Shown here piece after piece: positions 49,130 to 61,392 of a stretch of 64,000 nucleotides of DNA; the first letter of the stretch is position 1; each line of letters begins with the position of its first letter. A program made the position numbers and the translations under genes. The notes under the pieces were generated by a model. The model was not told where the DNA came from, made no database searches, and was given only the letters and a program-made list of their open reading frames with translations. The stretch comes from Octopus vulgaris. Taxonomy: Eukaryota. Where the stretch lies: the NCBI GenBank assembly GCA_951406725.2, contig OX597817.1, forward strand, positions 150,536,001-150,600,000, written 5' to 3'.

Positions 49130-49900
49130 AGAAAAGTTTACCAAAGGCATGCCAAAAAGCTCAAAAAGCTCAATCACTTTCACCCAACAATTCTTCAGGT
49201 GGCAGGATAAAATTCCCAATACATTTGTGCTTAAAAGAACTAATATGTGAATCCTGTATGCTTTTCTAAGCAAATTCTAAGTGTAGCGGAGTGGACATGT
49301 AGTGTGCATGCCTGATGCCAGATTCCCGAAACAAATCTTTGGTGAACTAGCAGTTGGGTCTCAGTCATGTGGTGGACGAAAGAAGAGATACAAAAACATG
49401 TTCGAGGCAACATTGAAAATGTGTAACTGAGAGCATTCTACTTGGGAACATCTTGTTCGAGATGGATCACTGTGGTGTAGTGCTGTGTACTCTGCAGTAC
49501 AATGCTCTGAATGAGAAATGGTGAGAGAAGTTAGAGAGTGGAGGGCTGCATGGAAAGCAAGATTCCCACTGAGTCCTGACTCTGCTGTTATGTGTCCCCA
49601 TTGTAACCATGGATTTCTTGCTGAAATTGGCACAATAAGCTGCCTCAAGATCTGCAAAGTGTAAAACTGATGACCTGGTCATCTTCAGAGCCATGAAAGA
49701 TGAACCTAACAACATTTTAAGATCCACAAAGATCAGAACATGATTGCAGCTTTTGATGGTCCAAATCAGATATGTAATCTATGTGGGTGTCTTTTCAGAA
49801 CATTGTCTGGTTTAAGAAGCTACACCAGACACCATGATAGATCTGAAGTGTAAGTACAAGAGGTGGTCAGACTCTGCATAGGGAGTAAACAACCACCACA
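49130..49900 (+). mobile_element. Decayed RTE LINE 3' region
   Basis: Fragments resemble WQDKIPNT, GHVVCMPDARFPKQIF, KKRYK and CPHC zinc-finger-like remnants. Confidence 0.7.
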
Positions 49901-52644
49901 CATGCAACCAGATGCCTCCATATTTTTTTTTATTGAGTATATCACTTTGTACATCACTGTGAGAGACTGTGCTGTTTAATAACACATTTCAGTAATGTAC
50001 AACTCATTCTGCATGTTCTATTATTGTAATTATTTTTGTGGACTTATCACCGAATCACCAGATGATGAATATCTTATAACTAGCATTATGTCGCAGCTGA
50101 TAAGACCCAACTAGGTCAAAACCAAGGTGCTTTGGCTGTTAAACATGTGTACTCTCTCAGGGATTTAACTCCTAGATTATTTTAAAACAAGGCTTGATAT
50201 GTTTTCTTAACTCTTTAGCATTCATATTTTTCTAGCAAATGTAATGCATATATTCACATTCATTATCATCATCATCGTTTAACGTCCGTTTTCCATGCTA
50301 GCATGGGTTGGACGGTTCGACCGGGGTCTGGGAAGCCAGGAGGCTGCACCAGGCTCCAGTCTGATCTGGCAGTGTTTCTACAGCTGGATGCCCTTCCTAA
50401 CGCCAACCACTCTGTGAGTGTAGTGGGTGCTTTTTACGTGCCTGGGGCACAGGTGCCAGGGGAGGCTGGCAGCGGCCACGATTGGTTGGTGCTTTTTACG
50501 TGCCACTGGCACAGGTATCATAACTACAAATATCAAATGGAAATTGTAGTTATTCACATTGTTCTGAATTAATCAAGCACTACCTTGTAACTTCAAGATT
50601 TCAATGATGTGATTGTGTTTACAATGACATTGTAGGGTAGGTGTGAGAGGGCAGATCCAGCCAATTTGAACATAAAACTAGTAGAATATTTTGGCTGGAT
50701 ATGGCTGGTTTAAATTCTAAAAGATTAAGCTTTACTTCAGGATATTGTTAAAGGGTTAAAGGGTATTTTGTATATGATATTGTATAAATATTGGGGTGCA
50801 TGTATGCTTTTGTGGTTTAAGAAGTTTGCTTCACAATCATGTTTATTTGAGTTTGATACCACTGCATGGTCCCTTGGGCAGATATCTTCTACTTATAGTC
50901 TCAGGTTGACTAATGCTTCGTGAATGAAATCTGGTAAATAGAAACTGTACGGAAGCTTGCTGTGTACTCTTGTATTGTGTTTTTGTCTCTTCATGTGTTT
51001 GCATGTCATCAGTTATGCAGTGGTGACAGTTATGCCCTACATAGAAAATATGTCCTGCAATTTGGAACTTTAAAGTACTTCACTTGAAAACAAGAATTGG
51101 CATCAAGATGGATAGCCAACCATTGAATACTGGCCCAAGAAGTCTTGTCCAATTCATACCTAGGATGGAAAAAGTAGACTTTAAAACAATGATCATATCA
51201 TCATCGTCGTCATCATTTAATGTCCATATTCTATGCTGGTATGAATTGGATTGTTTAATAATATCCAATGGGTCCAAGGACTGTGTCATACCCCAATGTC
51301 AGTTTTTGTATGATTTCTATGGCTGGTTGCCCTTCCTAAGACCCAACACTTTACAGTGTGTACAGGGTAAATTTTTTTCAAATCACCAGCACTAGTGAAT
51401 TCACCATTCAGCTTTGAACAATATATAATTACTATAAAATATTACTACTATTACAGGTAAATTATGCTTGTGGTTTATATTCTTTGTGATTTATTGGATA
51501 CCAATAAAATATATAATTACTGGAGCACCTTGCATGGACAGTTAAAAATGAAAGCTACAATTTGGAATTAAAAATTTAGTAAAAAATAGTGGAAACTTTT
51601 TTGTGCGTTGTTTATTAATCTTCTTCATCATTCTAATGTCCATTTTTCCAGTCTTGCCTGGGTGGAATTTGTTGTGATAGATTTTCTACAACTGAGAACC
51701 TTGTTGCCAATCTAATAATTCCCCATGATCAGACATGTTTCATAGAAATATTCTTATTGGAAATGAATGACATTCATTTATAACAATCATGCGATATCTA
51801 GACAAGGAGACACAGGCATACATTCATACTCACACACATATACATGACGGTCTTTTTTCAGTTTCTATCCACTAAATCTAGCCACAAGATATTCAGGACA
51901 GCTCATAAACATACGAGAGTAACACCAAGTTTTGCTTTCATGTGTCGGGTGAGTGTCCAAGCAGTGAATCAGTGTCCAAGCGGTGAATCTGTACATTGGA
52001 TCTGAACGGCTTGGACAATTTGTACATAGCTACAGAATATTATCTTTGTTATAAGGAAATACTGCAAATCTTGCTGCTGCTTTTGGGACAATAATATTCT
52101 TTTCTACTCTAGGCACAAGGCCCGAAATTTTTTTTGGGAGGGGGCAGTCGATTAGATCACTCCCAGTACACAACTGGTACTTAATTTATCAACCCTGAAA
52201 GGATGAAAGGCAAAGTCGACCTCGGCAGAATTTGAACTCAGAACATAAAGACAGATGAAATACCTATTTCTTTACTACCCACAAGGGGCTAAACACAGTG
52301 AAGACAAACAAGGACAGACAAATGAATTAACTAGATTACATCGACCCCAGTGCGTAATTGGTACTTAATTTATCGACTCTGAAAGGATAAAAGGCAAAGT
52401 TGACCTTGGCGGAATTTGAACTCACAACGTAACGGCAGACGAAATGCCGCTAAGCATTTTGCCCGACGTGCTAACGATTCTGCCAGCTCAGTAATATTGA
52501 GTTGTATTTATTTAATCATACAGAACTAAACTGGGCAAGTACTGCAACTATGTGAAAAGAACATTTTCACAGTCTTGGTAGTAAAATATTTGATTTGCTA
52601 ATTTGGATTGAAAGATTATTTATGTGCATTCATGTTGGAACAAG

Positions 52645-52963
52645 TTTTGTTGTGTCTTGGGAGATTTATTATACTAACAATAGTAACACATGCACTGGTT
52701 CAATTCTACTTTTTTATCATTAGTCAATTGGTAAGATATCTAATCAACAAATTGATTGCTTCCGGTCACTGAAAAGGTTGCGAACAGCAATGTAAGAACT
52801 TTGGTGGACAAACAAACAACCAGTTGATTATTTAACCAACATATTAAACAAATGATTGATTAGTTGATTAGATATCTAACCAATTGAATAATAATAAAGA
52901 AGTGAAATCGAACCTGTGTGTGTATTATTATTGATGTAATGACCCTCCCAAAACACAACAAAA
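52645..52963. repeat. Older fold-back element related to copies 1 and 2
   Basis: Diverged inverted arms (TTTTGTTGTGTCTTGGGAG...GATATCTAATCAAC / GTTGATTAGATATC...CTCCCAAAACACAACAAAA). The loop contains CTGAAAAGGTTGCGAACAGCAAT. Confidence 0.65.
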
Positions 52964-52969
52964 TTGGAT

Positions 52970-53698
52970 TACAGTTCTTTATTTAAGAGATGAGGAATTA
53001 TTTACATTTAACGGATATTTGTCCTCATGTTTGTTAACACAATGTTTCAGCTGATATACTCTTCAGCTTTCATCAGGTGTCTTGGGTAAATTTCGAACCT
53101 GGGTTCTCATTCCTAAGGTATTTTTCCATGTTATTATTATTGAGTGAGAGAGCAGTGCATGCCATCAAAGTGACATTGGGGTAAAATATACGAAGCCCAG
53201 TATACCCATCATGACTAACCGTTTGATAAGGGTACACTAGGCACATGCATCACAACCATATGTGCATGACATGGTGATCTCATATCAAGATAAACAGCAC
53301 ATGACCTTGCAGGTGGGGCCCAGTTAGAATTTTCTTCTGGTCGAGTAACCCATCCCGCTCAAAAGGTTCCTGAATAAGGGTTGTTTAAGGATGTTGAACA
53401 AAACACCCATGTTTCCAGAGGTGAATTATTCCAACCCCAAAGAATCACTCTCAATACATGGCTATGATGCTCCCCCACTACTTCTACTTGTGATCAGAGA
53501 TGCACATATCGTCAGCCACTAAGAGACATGCTCAACTGGTTACGGTCAAACAACTGACAAGCAAATCTGTTGTATTGAGCAGAATATTTGCTGTAGCCCA
53601 TCTTTTATACCAAGACAAAGCAATGTACATGATATCACTTCCAATCAGTTTAAGATCAAAAGCCATGAGAGTTACTGCCTGGTACTGCATCAGAGCAC

Positions 53699-53736
<38 letters not shown>

Positions 53737-53859
53737 TACATTATTATTGTTATTAGTATAATTTTTATTCAGGTCACTGCCTGGAATCGAACTTGGAATC
53801 TTGGGGTTAGTAGCCCGCACTCTTAACCACTATGCCAAATGCCCGATTCCAGGCAGTGA

Positions 53860-53919
<60 letters not shown>

Positions 53920-53930
53920 CAACAACATGG
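52970..53930 (-). mobile_element. tRNA-headed short retroelement with a hammerhead motif and an inverted partial copy; contains a nested insert at 53142-53700
   Basis: tRNA-like head at 53844-53771 (A box TGGCATAGTGG, B box GTTCGATTCC), an (AAT)n tract, a body with the hammerhead motif at 53037-53080, and an inverted copy at 53844-53930. Confidence 0.7.
53037..53080 (-). ncRNA. Minimal type I hammerhead ribozyme motif
   Basis: ACAC-CUGAUGA-A-AGCUGA(AGAGUAUA)UCAGCU-GAAA-CA-UU-GUGU. It has a 4-bp stem I, an intact core, a perfect 6-bp stem II and a vestigial stem III. Confidence 0.75.
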
Positions 53931-55092
53931 CCACATCTGGCCAAAATACTCTATCTGTCTTATGTTCATACTGGCCAATTCCAATATTTCACCACAAATA
54001 AACAATCACATCATTGCAATCTTGAAGCTATGAAGATAATGCATGATTAATTCAAAGCAATGCGAATACAGAAGCATTACATTCGTCAGATAACCTGAAT
54101 GCTAAGGTTAAAGACAATAGGGAGAGTTGGCTGCTATTTCTAGCGTATCGAGGAGCCCTATAAAGTTCGTTTGTTATTATAGAGGGGAGATAAGCAGGAA
54201 ATGTTAAGATAACGAGCAGACTTTGAAGAGATAACTAATGGGAACATATTAACATATAAAAGGAAGAGGAAGAGTTACTGTTTCAACGAAGGGTCACGGA
54301 ATTATGAGGTTAGATCTAAATTTAGTCTGCTTCTATTCATTAGGTTTAATTTTTGATTTTTAACAAAAAAATATATCCCCTAGTTTGAGTGGTATAGATA
54401 AGGTGTAAATCAGCTTTGAATCTTATCAGTTATCTTTTAGCTGTTTTAGTCCAGGGTTTCTCAACCATTTTTTTTTTAATCTATGGACATCATTTATTAC
54501 TATTATATTGTGGTGGACCCTCCACAGTCATTCCACGTTTAAAAACTAGTTTTATAAAAACTTCTTTCATAATTCGTATTTTGTTTTTCACACATTAGTG
54601 TCGCCAGTGCCGCTGGACTGGCTCCTGTGCAGGTGGCACGTAAAAAAAGCACCATTTGGGCGTGGCCGTTGCCAGTACCACCAAACTGGCCCTCGTGCCG
54701 GTGGCATGTAAAAGCATCCACTACACTCTTGGAGTGGTTGGCATTAGGAAGGGCATCCAACTGTAGAAACTCTGCCAGATCAGATTGGAGTCTGGTTCAC
54801 CAGACCTCAGTCAAATCGTCCAACTCATGCTAGCATGAAAAGCGGACGTTAAATGATGATGATGATGATGATTAATTTGTGTACGTTGAACCGTGTAAAG
54901 TGTTGGAGAAAGAAACCTAGCTGTTTCTTGCCATACATACCAAGAGCAACTTTTTTTCAGGGACCTTTAAAATACTATTGTGGATCCCTATTGAGGCACT
55001 TCCTTAAAGGGTTTAGTTGACCCAATTACTTATATATATGAGGGACAAAGACATACACAGACATGTGTGAATGTGATGATGATGATGATGAT

Positions 55093-55652
55093 ATATATAT
55101 ACACACTCTGTACTCTTTTACTTGTTTTAGTCATTTGACTGTGGCCATGCTGGAGCACTGCCTGTAGTCGAGCAAATCGACCCCAGGACTTATTCTTTGG
55201 AAGCCTAGTACTTATCCTATCTGTCTCTTTTGCCGAACTGCTAATGTTACGGGGATGTAAACACACCAGTATTAGTTGTCAAGTGTTGTTGGGGGGACAA
55301 ACACAGACACATATATACGATGGGCTTCTTTCAGTTTCCGTCTACCAAATCCACTCACAAGGCTATAGTAGAAGACACTTGCCCAAGGTGCCACACAGTG
55401 AGTGGATTTGGTAGATGGAAACTGAAAGAAGCCTGTTGTGTATATATATATATGTGTGTGTGTGTTTGTGTGTGAGTCCTCCCATCATCACTTGACAACC
55501 AATGTTGGTGTGTTTATGTCCCCGTAACCTAGAGGTTTGGCAAAAAGAAACCGATAGAATAAGTACTAGACTTACAAAGAATAAGTCTTGGGGTTGATTT
55601 GTTCGACTAAAGGTGGTGCTTCAGCATGGCTGCAGTCAAATGACTGATACAA
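55093..55652. mobile_element. Two family A SINE copies fused head-to-head
   Basis: A minus-strand copy at 55093-55398 abuts a plus-strand copy at 55398-55652. Both lack the tRNA head. Confidence 0.85.
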
Positions 55653-57051
55653 ATTTTTAAAAAAATGTAGGAAAAAGAGATGACACAGAAGAAACAATGG
55701 TTATGTTATGAACTTCATTAGCTTACAGCTGTTTTTCTGCTCTAAGATGCTGTGGGTCCTTAATTGAGTGCCTGAATAGCATCCTGTAGTTACATTAGAG
55801 CCTTGAATATTAAGTGCAATTTATTTGGGAAAAAAATGACTTACACTTTATCCAATATACAGGGAAAGCATTACCAGTGACGAAATCATTGATCATCATC
55901 ATCATCATCATCATCGTTTAACATCCGTTTTCCATGCTAACATGGGTTGGATGGTTTGACCGGGGTCTGCGAAGCTAGGAGGCTGCACCAGGCCCCAGTC
56001 TGATCTGCAGTGTTTCTACAGCTGGATGCCCTTCCTAATGCCAACAAATTCCGTGAGTGCTGTGGGTGCTTTTTGCGTGCAACCGACACATGTGCCAGGA
56101 GAGGCTGGCAACAGCCACGATCGGTTGGTGCTTTTTATGTGCCACCAGCACGGAAGCCAGACAAGGTGGCACTGGCATTGGCCACGTTTGGATGATGCTT
56201 CTTACGTGCCACTGGCACAGGTATCACAACTACAATTTCCATTTGATTTTTATTTTGATGTTGATGTACTTGACTCAGTAGGTCTCCTCAAGCACAGCAG
56301 GTTGCCCTACGATCCAAGGTAAGCACAGCAGGCCATCCTGTGATCCAATATATACAACATCAATGATTGATGTTGTATATAAAAAAGCGTGTCCAAAAGG
56401 CAATTACTGTACACCAGGTTATTAGTTTCATAATGCCTACGTGAAAGATATATATATAATATTATCAGAAAAGCCCTTTTTATTCTTTTATTTGTTTCAG
56501 TCATTTGACTGTTGCCATGCTGGAGCACCATATATAGTCGAACAAATCAACCCTGAGACTTATTCTTTGTAAGCCTGTTATTATTCTATCAGTCACTTCT
56601 GCTGAACCACTAAGTTACGGGGATGTAAACACACCAACATCAGTTGTCAAGCGATGTTAGGGGGACAAACACAGATACACACACATGGAACCCGGAACCA
56701 TGTGGTTGGCAAGCAAGCTACTGACCACACAGTCACTCCTGTGCCTTTTTATTCATTTTTCATGTATATATTTACATACACACATGATGGACTTCTTTCA
56801 GTTTCCTTCTACCAAATCCACTCACAGTTGGCCCAAGACACTTGTTCAAGGTGCCAGGAGTTGGACAAGATCCAGAACCATGTAATTGGGAAGTTAACTT
56901 GTTACCATACAGCCATGTTGTAACAAATAAATTTGAATCTATTATGATATTCTTAAAGCTTTTCAATAAAAACCATAACATGGAGTGCCATTTCCCTTAC
57001 ATATACAAATTCCAGCCTAATCTTAAATTTTTATGAAACCTTCTATTCCAG

Positions 57052-57231
57052 ACATTAGGTGTGACAACAACATCAAAGAATGAAGAAGTTATCAAGAACA
57101 CACAGGTGGTTTTTATTGCAGTAAAACCGAAGGTTGTGTCTTGTCTACTGGATGAAATCCACCCCTTCGTTAGTTCTGACAAATTAGTAGTGTCTATTGC
57201 TGCAGGAATCCGATTATCTTCTATTGAAGAG
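57052..57231 (+). CDS. PYCR: PYCR coding exon 3
   Basis: ttccag acceptor, GAG|gtaagt donor, 180 nt. Encodes TLGVTTTSKNEEVIKNTQVVFIAVKPKVVSCLLDEIHPFVSSDKLVVSIAAGIRLSSIEE, with the AVKP and SIAAG motifs. Confidence 0.97.
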
Positions 57232-60114
57232 GTAAGTTAATTCTTTAATTACCTTCTCTTTATTAACCTCTTATTTCTGATTAAGTTTATTATGAATTGT
57301 GCTAATTTCTATTTAATCAATTAAGACCAGGTTGCGGTCTCAAAAGTGACAAAAATATTTTGGCAAATTAAATTTAAATGTTGAAGTGAATCTAACGGTT
57401 TTTGTGTGTTTCTTAAATGGCTTATAAACACCTTCCATGCTGCAATTGTTTTCGTTCCAGCACACGATCTCAGATCAGGTCACTTGCTATGCAAGTACAT
57501 ATCCGCAATTAAGATTCATTTTAGATATTTTCATCTGTGACCTTCCTTGCAAGTATCAAGATTAAAGGAAGTTATCTACAATGTGTTTAGTTTTATAAAA
57601 GCATATTACTTCTTTGTTTCTAAGCAGATAAAGTCGCTTTATTGTATGTGTAGTTCTGATATATGTATATGCATTATTTTACTATCAGGAAACACTAATA
57701 TTTGTGAAAAGATGAAAAAATATATTGATATTCCAAACATTTTCTAAATTCAAATGACATGGAAAGTAGTTTTATCATTGACTGACTCCTGTGCAGGTGG
57801 CACGTAAAAAACACCATTTTCGAGCGTGGCCATGCCAGTACCGCCAGACTGGCCCTTGTGCCGGTGGCACTTTAAAAGCACCCACTACACTCTCGGAGTG
57901 GTTGGCGTTAGGAAGGACATCCAGCTGTAGAAACTCTGCCAGATCAGATTGGAGTCTGGCGCAACCATCTGGTTCGCCAGTCCTCAGTCAAATCGTCCAA
58001 CCCATGCTAGCATGGAAAGCGAATGTTAAACGATGATGATGATGCTGATGATAATTGTCTTGCATTTATTTTACAACAAAAATCTGTGGGGGTGATTTTG
58101 GAAAATGTGAACATTTATATATTACTGGAGCAGTTGTTTTTGCAGTCAGATGTGCTCTTTATATAACTAAACATTTCGTCATTCATCATCATCATCATCA
58201 TCATCATTTAGCGTCCGCTTTCCATGCTAGCATGGGTTGGACGGTTCAACTGGGGTCTGGGAAGCCAGAAGGCTGCATCAGGCCCAGTCTGATCTGGCAG
58301 TGTTTCTACGGCTGGATGCCCTTCCTAACGCCAACCACTCCGTGAGTGTAGTTGAATATATTTATTTTAAGACATTTTTAGATGTACAAAATATTACTAC
58401 TGCTGCTACTAGTGTGTATAGTAGACAGAGTAGGTCTCAAAATCCTAATCATCATCATTTACTGTCCATTTTCCATGCTGTCATGGGTTGGGCAGTTTTA
58501 GCCAGAGCTGGCAAGCTAGAACAGGTCTCTGTCTGATTTGGTTTGGCTTCTATGGCTTGATGCCATTCTTAATGCCAAGTACTTTACAGAGTGTGTTGGA
58601 TGCTTTTTATGCGGCACTGGCACGGGTGCTTTTTATGTGGCACCAGCGTGGGTGCTTTCTAAGATGCCCAGTTGCTTGAAAGCCAACTGAATAATTGGAT
58701 TGACGTAAAATGACTATTAACTTACTACTAAGGAATAAAAATCTGAAAATTGTTGAAGATAACCATTTGAGATCTAGGCAAGGCAGGGTCTCTGATCTGT
58801 TTGGGAGGATCCAAATAAGAATTATACTCTGTGACCTATTCAATATATTCCAACATGGAAAAATGGACATAAATTATGATAATGATGAATTAAACTGGAA
58901 TAATAGTGTGAATGTCTAATTACCAAGTATAATATTTTGAGAAAATATATTATTCCATTACTCTTTCTTTAGTGTAATCGCCTTCTCCCCACTCCATTCA
59001 TATTGGATTTTTTGGTCCATATCTGTGAGGAGTTGGAAGTCAGTTATCTCTAGCAAAATATGGACAATGAATACTAAAAACAAACACACACTACAAATTG
59101 CACACAATTAAATACTTTAGAAGTTAAAGCATTTAGTTTGCTAAATAAAATTTAAATGCTTAATACATTCTGCAGCAATAAAATAACTCAGTTCAACTGT
59201 TCTCTATACAGCAGATGTAGACATGCTCTGCATATTTTTATTTGGCATTGCTAATCATCATCATCATTTAATGTCCGCTTTCCATGCTAGCATGGGTTGA
59301 ATGATTTGACTGAGGTCTGGCGAACCAGATTCCAGTCTGATCTGGCAGAATTTCTACAGCTGGATGCCCTTCCTAATGCCAACCACTCCGAGAGTGCCAC
59401 TTGCACAGGAGCCAGTCCAGCGGCACTGGTAACGACCTTGCTCGAATGTTTTTTCACGTGCCAGTAAGGCGATGCAGATAACGATCCCGCTCGAATGGTG
59501 CTTTTTACGTGCCACCAGCACAGAGGCCAGTTTGTTGCTCTGGCAACGACCACGCTCATATGGTACTCTTAGCGCTCCACTAGCACAGATGCCAGTCATC
59601 AAATTTGATTTCGATTGAAATTTGCCACAATTATTCCTGACATGTTTATACATCTTTTCCTCTTTATGGCTCTTTTAAAGTCCACTCTTCTGTCTTATTT
59701 TGTGTACTATTGAATGAAAGGCGAGCCGAGGACTTGATGGGGATGCTGGGGTTGAAGGAATCGGTGGAATAGCTGGCAAGGGCAAATGAAGTGCAGTGGT
59801 ATGGACATATGTTGAGGAAGGATGAGGGTCATGTTCTGAGGAGAGTGCTTGCGTTTAGAGTGAATGGACTGCAAAAGTGAGGTCTGTCAAAGAAAACATG
59901 GAGGAGGAGCTTGAGGAGGGAGGATGCCCCAAACCAGGCGAGATGGCAGTTGCTGTTGGAATGAGGTAGATCCAACCACCCCTGTTAACAGGGACAAATC
60001 TAAATTCAAAATATTGGACAAGAAAGACTATGTAGCTTTTTTGACTTGTAATGTCTCCTCTTTTAACCTTTTTCAACGAGTTGTTAGTACACCTGAGCAT
60101 CAATAGGCTCATAA

Positions 60115-60496
60115 TCTCTCTCTCTATATATATATATAAACGGCAAAATGTCTGTCTGTCTGTGTGTGTGTCCTTTCTACAAATCCACAATTTTTCAGTT
60201 AGAGGGCTTGCACTTTCTATGGTCATTCAAAACCGTCCAAGGGTGGTAGTGTACATCTTTACATTTCCCCAGTCACCTCGCAAAACCATTAAAATATCAA
60301 TAGAAGTGACTTTTTTGTGAATTTTCTATCCAAAACCCAATCAAAATGCCCAAAGCTTGATACACCAATTGAATGCCAGATAGCTGTATGTGATTGGTTG
60401 GAGATTTGGACAGTACTCGCATGTATGTGCGCACGCACGCAGCTGTATACGCATGCACTAGCACTATGACCCGGCAACGCCGGGTCATAGTGCTAG
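60115..60496 (+). mobile_element. Non-autonomous Helitron
   Basis: A|TCTCTC...TATATAAA start and CCCGGCAACGCCGGG hairpin with CTAG|T end. Confidence 0.85.
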
Positions 60497-60782
60497 TTAT
60501 TAAATAAATAGTTAAACGATTACATTAGATGCTTGATTGACCAAACCTATAATGTAAGTAAAAATTTTTGCATTTAAAGTTTGCCGTAAACTAGAAAGAT
60601 TGCAGACTTCATACTAGAAATCTTTAACGTGTCTATTGCATTATGATTGAATTTCCTTGTTTTTCAGTTGACTTCTTGGATTTTTATCATTACAGCATTG
60701 TATTTATATAGCCACAAAATAAATTTACATGGTATTTATTTACGATATTTATACATACTTTATTCTGTTATATTTATTGTAG

Positions 60783-60995
60783 CGTCTACCTCTATCAACT
60801 CGTGTGGTGAGAGTTATGCCAAATACTCCAGCTCTTGTACAAGCTGGAGCAGCCGTGTTGGCCCCAGGAACATCTGCACGTGCTGGGGACAATGACTTGG
60901 TAGCTGAATTACTCTCTAGTGTTGGAATTTGTGAAGAAGGAACTGAAGAAAACCTTGATGCTGTCACAGGGCTCAGCGGCAGTGGACCAGCTTAT
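60783..60995 (+). CDS. PYCR: PYCR coding exon 4
   Basis: ttgtag acceptor and TAT|gtaatt donor. Encodes [23 protein letters not shown]...[13 protein letters not shown], with the RxMPNTP and SGSGPAY P5CR motifs. Confidence 0.97.
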
Positions 60996-61392
60996 GTAAT
61001 TTTCTTTAAAATATTTGTATTGCATATAAACCCCTCTCCTTTTGGTCTACTTAATTTAGCCTTTTGTATATCAAAAGTGGAGGCATATGGCTTAGTGGTT
61101 AGGGTGTTAGACTCATGATCATAAGATTGTAGTTTTGATTCCTGGACTGGACAATGAGCTGTGTTTTTGAGCAAAACACTTCACATTACTCCAGTCCACT
61201 CAGGTGGAAAAAATGAGTAATTCTGCAATGGACTGGTGTCCCATCCAGGGGAAAACATATACACCAGAGAAACTGGCCCTATGCTCTTTATGGAGTTATC
61301 TGGACGAACCATATCAAATAAAAAAATTTCATTGAGTGAAATTTCACAAGGTTCCAATTGTTACAACTGTAGAAACTATGTTTTACTATTGA

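Noticed and set aside
53771-53844. Possible genuine tRNA gene (also the heads at about 12275, 32800, 46060 and 61395)
   Set aside because: The acceptor and T stems pair poorly, and each runs directly into a repeat body. They are treated as tRNA-derived SINE heads.
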